64,000 bases of DNA from positions 3,178 through 67,177 of IMG/VR virus record IMGVR_UViG_3300046782_000297. One strand, written 5' to 3'. The stretch's first letter is position 1. Every line of letters starts with the position of its first letter. The stretch comes from a virus. A model generated the notes under the pieces. That model had not been told where the DNA came from and did not search any database. It was given only the letters and a program-made list of their open reading frames with translations. A program made the translations under genes and the position numbers. Below are positions 58,186 through 64,000 of this stretch, one piece after another.

Positions 58186-59875
58186 GTGGTCCCTACGAGG
58201 GTAGGCCGTCCCCCGGCCTTTAGAGCGGCTGGCCTATCGGCTATCACCCGCTCTACGGCCTCATTATATCATACCTGTCAAGCTTTTCCTCACTTTATTT
58301 TACCCCCCACGATGTGTATGATTCCGCGCCTGCGGCGCTCCATCATAAACATCTCCCCCCGCTACCCCCCACACCCCCAGTGTAAAGTTTACACATGTGG
58401 CGAGGGAGGGAGGCCGTAGGGGGTTCAGATGGAGGCGCGTAGCGCCGGAATCTTAACACCCGTAGGCTTATAGTGTTTTTTGCTCAAAACCAAACCCCCC
58501 AGCTATAGGTTAACTGGGGGGCTTGATCGGAACTATTGTCAACGTCAGCCTAGACAGAACACCTGTTACATAGTTGACAATAAGCGGTCATGAATTGTGC
58601 CACCAGCCAATTGCTGATGGATGTCTAAGAGCCACAGCGTAATGGGCTATTTAAGCTCGCCCATAAGAAACATCCTAGACGGTGTAAACTTTACACTGAG
58701 TCCTCTGGGCCTGTCTATGATTTTTATTTTTTTTTGGTGCCGTGCATGCCCCAAAACATGCCCCCGTCGTACCCGCCCCCCACTGTGGCGACAACTCGAC
58801 TAAGCCTATTGCCAACCTAATGAGCGGCCTACAACATTGCTGGGTGAGCTAACAGGTGCTGGGCGCTGGGTGGCCGGGGGCATGAGGCTGGGGGGTTATG
58901 TGTTACAGGCTGTAGCGTGTGACAGGGTGTAACAGGCTGGCAGACTTGTACAGGCAGCCTATAGGGGCTGTCGCGTATCAGTGACACTGACGTGTATAAT
59001 GTACAGCAGCGTTTCGGGCATGGTTCCACCCCCCCTCCACCGCTCTGGCAAGTGGCAGGGACTAGCATGTGAGGGGTAAGCTGTTGGTATAATTGGGAGT
59101 TTACAGGCAGATGAAAAGCATTCTCAATTAGCTATGCGAATCGGCAAAATGTACATGCTCCAACCCCAATAACGCATGCAGGGGTCCAAAGTCATTTAAT
59201 GCCCCTGGCTGCCCCGTAGTGAGCATCGGCTGAAAACTGGGGGGGTAGTAAGGGGCAAGGGCTGAACGTGCAGCCTGAGCGAAATTCCATTTCTCATATT
59301 ACCTGCCGAATTCATAATAGTCTAGTTACTCAATAGAGTTAGTAGGGCAGTCATTTGGGGGGCTGCTGTTGGCTGCTATATAGTAAGGTCGGGGGGCTGT
59401 TGGAGGCTGACTGGCTAGGCTGGCAGGGCTGGCCAATAGCCTATTAGGGGGCTATAGCAGCTATGCCCCTGTTAGGGTTAGGTTTAGACCTAGTAAGATA
59501 TTACTAGATGTGGGGACGTGACAAAAAATGTCATTTTTGCCTGTTGTAGATATTGGCTTTAGGGGCCGGACAGGGCAAAAGTCAGTATTGTGACACTGTA
59601 AACTTTACACTCTGTCAGCATGACAGCAGAAAATTTTACAATTGCAATAAAGCCATATGCTACAATGGTATACGGGTTACATGGCTGGGGGATAGCGTAG
59701 GGGTAGGGGTAGAGGGTGGTATTGTGTAGCAGGAGGCTATCAGATGTTTATTGTGTCTAGTGATACAGGGTTGACGTTCCTTCATATGACATTGGGGCTG
59801 CTGGCTGCCGATGTTTGCCTACTGTTTGCTGTCCTTCTGTCCATGTGCAACAGGCCGAAAAAAACTCAACTATAT
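58186..59875. other. Large non-coding strand-switch region (divergent control region, origin or terminus candidate)
   Basis: No credible ORFs; hairpins, G/C runs, TGACA/TGTCA inverted repeats and three palindrome copies. Confidence 0.55.
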
Positions 59876-59892
59876 AAGGGAGAAAAAAGACC

Positions 59893-60933
59893 ATGGTAAC
59901 AATGAAACCGTCCGAGGTGATTACACTGCTGTCCGCTACTATTCCAGCCTGCCTGCCTGTCTTGCTGACTGGTTCCCCTGGCACCGGCAAAACTAGCCTA
60001 GTTGAGCAGGCTGCTGCTGCCTGCGATGCTGACGTTATTGTATCCCATCCTGTCACTGCTGATCCTACGGACGCAAAAGGGCTGCCCGCACGTATCAGTG
60101 ATACTGAGGCTGGCTTCCTGCCCTTTGGAGACCTATTAAGGGCTAGCAGGGCTACAAAGCCCACGGTATGGCTGTTGGACGATATCGGGCAGGCTGCCCC
60201 CAGCGTGCAGGCTTCCTTTATGAACTTGATTCTCGCCAGACAGTCAGGAGGGGAGAGGATTTCTGACTTTGTTACATTCGTCGCTGCTACCAACAGACGG
60301 GCAGACAGGGCAGGGGTACAGGGCATACTTGAACCTGTCAAGTCACGTTTTGTCACGATCGTGGAAGTTAAGGCAGACATGCAAGAATGGTGTGGTTGGG
60401 CTATGACTTCTGGCAAAATTAGCCCCAATATGATTGCCTTTATTCGAATGAAGCCAGACTTGCTATCTGCCTTTGTGGCCACTGCCGACATGACCAACAG
60501 CCCCAGCCCCCGCACATGGGCTAATGCTGCCAAGGTTGAAGCTCTTAAGCTCCCCAGAGACGTGGAGCACGCTGCCATGTCTGGTAGTGTAGGCGAGGGT
60601 CCCGCTACAGAGTACCTTGCATTCCGTAAACTTTGCTCTGCCATGGTTTCTGTTGACGCTATCCTTGCAGCCCCAAAGACAGCCCCCCTTCCTAAGAATG
60701 CATCCGAGCGTTACGCTATTTGCACGGGGCTGGCTGCCCGAGCAAATGAAAAGACCCTTGCCAGAATTGGCCAGTATGCTGTCAGGCTGGCAGACTCTGA
60801 CATGGGTGAATTTGCTGCCCTGACTATTAGGGACTCTATTCGTAGGGTGCCGTCCCTGGCGAATTTACAGGATTATGTTCAGCTAATGTGCGGCCCTATC
60901 GGCAGCCTGATTTCTGGTCAGACCATAGCCTAG
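59893..60933 (+). CDS. MoxR/dynein-related AAA+ ATPase
   Basis: GSPGTGKT, LLDDIGQA, AATNR, SRF and SPRTW. Confidence 0.85.
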   Translation: MVTMKPSEVITLLSATIPACLPVLLTGSPGTGKTSLVEQAAAACDADVIVSHPVTADPTDAKGLPARISDTEAGFLPFGDLLRASRATKPTVWLLDDIGQAAPSVQASFMNLILARQSGGERISDFVTFVAATNRRADRAGVQGILEPVKSRFVTIVEVKADMQEWCGWAMTSGKISPNMIAFIRMKPDLLSAFVATADMTNSPSPRTWANAAKVEALKLPRDVEHAAMSGSVGEGPATEYLAFRKLCSAMVSVDAILAAPKTAPLPKNASERYAICTGLAARANEKTLARIGQYAVRLADSDMGEFAALTIRDSIRRVPSLANLQDYVQLMCGPIGSLISGQTIA

Positions 60934-61007
60934 GTTTCACGTAATGCGGGGGATCATACCCCCGCCTAGGATTGACAGAGACGGACAATAAAGGGAGAAA
61001 AAAGACC

Positions 61008-61907
61008 ATGACAGAGACAATGATCCAGGAACAAACGGCAGTAGCCAGCCCCATACATACAAGGGCTATGCTGGTATCTTGCAGGCTGTCTACATGGACA
61101 GCCAGAAAGTACGATAGAAAGGTTTCGGCAGAAGTGGCAGCAAACCATGGGGCAGCCATGGACGCGGGCAGATACAATAAAATGCTAATTCCAGCAGATA
61201 GCCTGTCCTACAAGGCGATTATGCAGCATGTAGGGGCAGTCAGGACCCAGCACTATGCCAATACCTTGGCATGGTCTGACGAAGGTTGGAGAATGCTGCC
61301 CACAGCGAACTACATGCATTACGCTCAATTCACAAGGCAGGCTAAGGCTATATTTAGCACTCTGTTGGATGACTTCATGGCGGAGTATCCCGCATTGCGA
61401 GACGGGGCAAAACTACGCCTTAATGGCCTATACCGCGAAGAGGACTACCCGGCTATTTCGCAAATACGGAGCAAGTTTGGCTTTTACCTCGATTTTAGCC
61501 CTGTCCCTGCCCAAGGCGATTTCAGACTTGACTTGCCCCAGGAGGACATACGGCGCATTGAGGCTGAGACCCAGGGCAAGGTTAAAGGGGCTACAGCAGA
61601 AGCCATGCGAGACGCATGGGGCAGGCTGTACGATTGCGTCAAACACGTTCAAGAAAGGCTGGCTACCCCTGACGCGATTTTCAGAGACAGCCTGATAGAC
61701 AATGCCCGTAATCTTTGTGACATGCTGACAAGGTTGAATGTGGAAGGGGACCCTAACCTTGAAGCAATGCGGGCAGAAGTGGCGGACAGTATCGCCAGTC
61801 AGGACCCAGACAGTCTACGGGAAGACGATACCATGAGGTCTGACGTGGCTACAGTAGCAGAAGATATTTTTAACAGGATGGCTGCCTTCTACAGCCCCCA
61901 GGAGTAA
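61008..61907 (+). CDS. Helical protein associated with the AAA/VWA pair (DUF3150-like)
   Basis: WTARKYD...K.L...YP....IRSKF pattern; initiation region identical to that of the AAA gene. Confidence 0.5.
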   Translation: MTETMIQEQTAVASPIHTRAMLVSCRLSTWTARKYDRKVSAEVAANHGAAMDAGRYNKMLIPADSLSYKAIMQHVGAVRTQHYANTLAWSDEGWRMLPTANYMHYAQFTRQAKAIFSTLLDDFMAEYPALRDGAKLRLNGLYREEDYPAISQIRSKFGFYLDFSPVPAQGDFRLDLPQEDIRRIEAETQGKVKGATAEAMRDAWGRLYDCVKHVQERLATPDAIFRDSLIDNARNLCDMLTRLNVEGDPNLEAMRAEVADSIASQDPDSLREDDTMRSDVATVAEDIFNRMAAFYSPQE

Positions 61908-61912
61908 CCCGA

Positions 61913-63052
61913 ATGAACAGCAAACTTCAATCTGCAAAAGTCAGCGTAGTACTAGATCAGCCCTTTTTCGGGGTCCTAATTTGTAACCTGAAATTTCAGG
62001 AGGACCCAACCTGTCAGACAGCATGGACAGACGGCACAAGGTTGGGCTATAACCCCGCCTATATCGACAGCCTGACGCATGCTGAAATCGTAGGGCTGTT
62101 GTGCCATGAGGTTCTACATTGCGCTGGAGGTCACCCCTTTCGAAGAGACGGTAGAGACCCCAAAAAATGGAACTATGCCTGTGACTATGCCATTAATCCA
62201 ATCGTGGGGGAGTCTGGCATGGTGTTGCCAAGTGGCAGCTTAGAATGCCCTTCTGACATGCTGGGGAAGTCTGCCGAGTATATCTATGACAGGCTGCCCG
62301 ACATGCCCCAGGATGGTCAGGGGGACGGTACAGGAGAAGGTCAGGGGCAAGGGGCATCGGCCCCTGGGGAAGTCAGGGATAGCCCTGGGGGGCGGTCTGA
62401 CGATAAAGACGGGGCAGATAGCGAGACTCCCACAAAGTCAGATGGGGAGTGGCAAGAAATCACTAGACAGGCTGCTGTACAGGCTAAAGCCCAAGGGCAG
62501 TGTCCGGCCAGCATGGACAGGTTTGCTACAGCAGCCGCCCAAAGCAAAATTGACTGGAAGTCTGCCTTACGTAAGTTTGTTGAGCAGGCTGCTAAGGCGG
62601 ACTACTCATGGTCTCATCCTAGCAGACGTTATGCTTCCATGGGGCTGTACTTGCCAGGGCTGCATTCCGAATCCTGCCCTGGTATCGCTATAGGAGTTGA
62701 TACGTCAGGCAGCATGGACGATATCGCATTAGCCAAAGCCAAGGCAGAAGTAATAGCAGTCATGGACGAGGTACAGCCTGACTTTGTTGAGATTATGTAC
62801 GCCGATGCGAGAGTGGCCAGAGTGGACAGGTTTGAACGTGGGGAAGAAATTGTTTTCCAGCCTGCTGGGGGCGGGGGTACAGATTTTCGGCCCGTGTTTG
62901 AGCACGTAGACGGTATGGAAGAAAAGCCCGCTTGCATTATCTATATCACTGACTTGTATGGGAGTTTCCCTGAGGGATCAGATATCCCTACACTTTGGGT
63001 TACTGACACCGATCAGTCCGCCCCATTCGGGGATACTCTGAAAATCGAATAG
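61913..63052 (+). CDS. HExxH metallopeptidase-like plus VWA domain protein (DUF2201-type)
   Basis: TAWTDG, HEVLH, WNYACDYAIN, MIDAS DTSGS, GGGGTDF and ITDLYG. Confidence 0.88.
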   Translation: MNSKLQSAKVSVVLDQPFFGVLICNLKFQEDPTCQTAWTDGTRLGYNPAYIDSLTHAEIVGLLCHEVLHCAGGHPFRRDGRDPKKWNYACDYAINPIVGESGMVLPSGSLECPSDMLGKSAEYIYDRLPDMPQDGQGDGTGEGQGQGASAPGEVRDSPGGRSDDKDGADSETPTKSDGEWQEITRQAAVQAKAQGQCPASMDRFATAAAQSKIDWKSALRKFVEQAAKADYSWSHPSRRYASMGLYLPGLHSESCPGIAIGVDTSGSMDDIALAKAKAEVIAVMDEVQPDFVEIMYADARVARVDRFERGEEIVFQPAGGGGTDFRPVFEHVDGMEEKPACIIYITDLYGSFPEGSDIPTLWVTDTDQSAPFGDTLKIE

Positions 63053-63059
63053 TAACAGG

Positions 63060-63088
63060 GCTGGGGGGCTATTACAGCCCCCCTAGTT
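63060..63088 (+). terminator. Hairpin after the VWA gene, probable terminator
   Basis: GGGGGGCT-ATTAC-AGCCCCCC stem with only a weak U-tract. Confidence 0.45.
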
Positions 63089-63521
63089 AGGAGTGACATG
63101 ATACGTAGGTCCATTAGGCCCCCGTAAGGCCTAGCCCCCTGCTAGGTGGCAAGTAAAGCCACCTAGGGGCTAATGCATGCTGCTGTACTCACTCAGCAGC
63201 CCTGATAGAACCTAGGACCCTGGAGGTTACCTGTCAGGTATTGATACGCCAGGGCATAAATGTAAAGTTTACAGTCTGACGATTCCAAGGGGGCTGGGTT
63301 ATGGGTAGGTTTCGGGTAGGGCTGCTGGACATAGTGACTACTAGGTTCGACAGGGCAGCAGCAGCAGACAGCATCGTAAGGCGTATGGGAACCCAGCCCC
63401 CCCAGATACTTGAAAAGATACTGGACAATTTAGAGACGGAGTACAACAGGGCAGCATTCGAGAAAGCCATAGGGCTGCTGCCGAAAAGCAAAAAAGACCA
63501 TATGTTTAAAGGGGGGAAGAA

Positions 63522-63857
63522 ATGAGTAATTGTCAGCATGCATCCTGTACGGGTCCCGTATGTACCAAAGCCAATGTACCTAATAGGCCACTAATAGGAG
63601 TGTCCAGAGACAGGGCTGCCATTGTCGCGGCTGTCAAAGATCAAGTAAAGTGCTATAGGTTCGAAGCCAAAGGGGGCAGGATAACTATGGGATTCCTGTC
63701 CATTGGCAGCCTAGTTACAGCCATGATGGGAGCAGAGACAGCTATAAGGGCAGCAGCCCCCTACACTGACAGTGGCCATTGGACCTATACCATGAAAGCT
63801 GAGGCAGAGCCGTATATCTTCGAATTGACTATTCGATTGGAGCATGTAAAAAAATGA
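63522..63857 (+). CDS. Hypothetical protein
   Basis: Plus-strand ORF with ATGA overlaps on both sides. Confidence 0.45.
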   Translation: MSNCQHASCTGPVCTKANVPNRPLIGVSRDRAAIVAAVKDQVKCYRFEAKGGRITMGFLSIGSLVTAMMGAETAIRAAAPYTDSGHWTYTMKAEAEPYIFELTIRLEHVKK

Positions 63858-64000
63858 GTGACACTAACCCTGTTCTACTCATGTTTCATGCTGTCCGTAG
63901 GGACAAACAAATAGCCGACAGGCTATACACTAAGTTCCATGAGGTTAGAGAGCGCATGAGGCTAACAACGGAAGCCCTGTGCATGTTTGCAAAATACAAG

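Larger units (their letters stand above)
429..63273. repeat. Dispersed 13-bp palindrome family YGTAAA(C/G)TTTACR, 39 copies with invariant core GTAAASTTTAC
   Basis: Hand-located 13-mer starts: 429, 1686, 2634, 3354, 4454, 6628, 7419, 9398, 11182, 12333, 13606, 14869, 15656, 16840, 17529, 19657, 21892, 23011, 28246, 28481, 30413, 33464, 39071, 40682, 41788, 42733, 43910, 45085, 45845, 48050, 48540, 50676, 51979, 53925, 57940, 58381, 58683, 59597, 63261. Degenerate copies at 26630, 32130 and 36728. Confidence 0.97.
1..64000. mobile_element. Tailed dsDNA phage genome segment (podovirus-like gene order)
   Basis: Terminase large subunit, portal, scaffold, capsid, tail/ejection genes, phage PolA module and dense co-oriented small ORFs. 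No bacterial housekeeping genes seen and no obvious tape-measure or sheath gene. Confidence 0.93.

Noticed and set aside
60605-60617. Partial palindrome CGTAAACTTTGCT in the AAA gene
   Set aside because: The right arm is broken, so it is not counted as a site.
429-63273. Palindrome family interpreted as a CRISPR array, REP element or integron attC sites
   Set aside because: Copies are only 13 bp, hundreds to thousands of bp apart, often inside essential genes, and have no spacers, cas genes, integrase or extended stem.
429-63273. Palindrome as a known box (CcpA cre, NtcA, LexA, parS, matS)
   Set aside because: Spacing and core differ from the consensus sequences I recall (cre is 14 bp with central CG; NtcA is GTA-N8-TAC; parS is 16 bp; matS is GTGAC-N3-GTCAC). 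These are only analogies.

Overview
The window is a 64 kb piece of a tailed dsDNA phage genome (or prophage) with a podovirus-like layout. The host cannot be determined from the sequence, and no integrase, tRNA or CRISPR array was recognised. From about 58.2 kb down to position 1 almost everything is on the minus strand. In order these are: accessory genes; terminase, portal, scaffold and major capsid; adaptor/nozzle and beta-helix spike genes; ejection-type proteins; holin-like genes; a replication module (RHH regulator, DinG-like helicase, PD-(D/E)XK nuclease, P-loop ATPase, ERCC4 nuclease, MazG, and a family A DNA polymerase split into a UDG-exonuclease gene and a polymerase gene); then more small accessory genes. 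A roughly 1.7 kb non-coding switch region precedes a plus-strand AAA ATPase / unknown protein / HExxH-VWA triad. Two unexplained signals stand out. (1) A 13-bp palindrome, YGTAAA(C/G)TTTACR, occurs 39 times by hand count at roughly 1-2 kb spacing. It supplies stop and start codons at gene junctions, is threaded through coding regions, and is missing from the variable modules. (2) Five genes in the virion block encode proteins with apparent Sec signal peptides and paired cysteines. They include one member of a tail-spike paralog pair whose shared N-terminal domain has a Cys pair only in the signal-bearing copy. All protein family calls come from motif recognition by eye, not from database searches.
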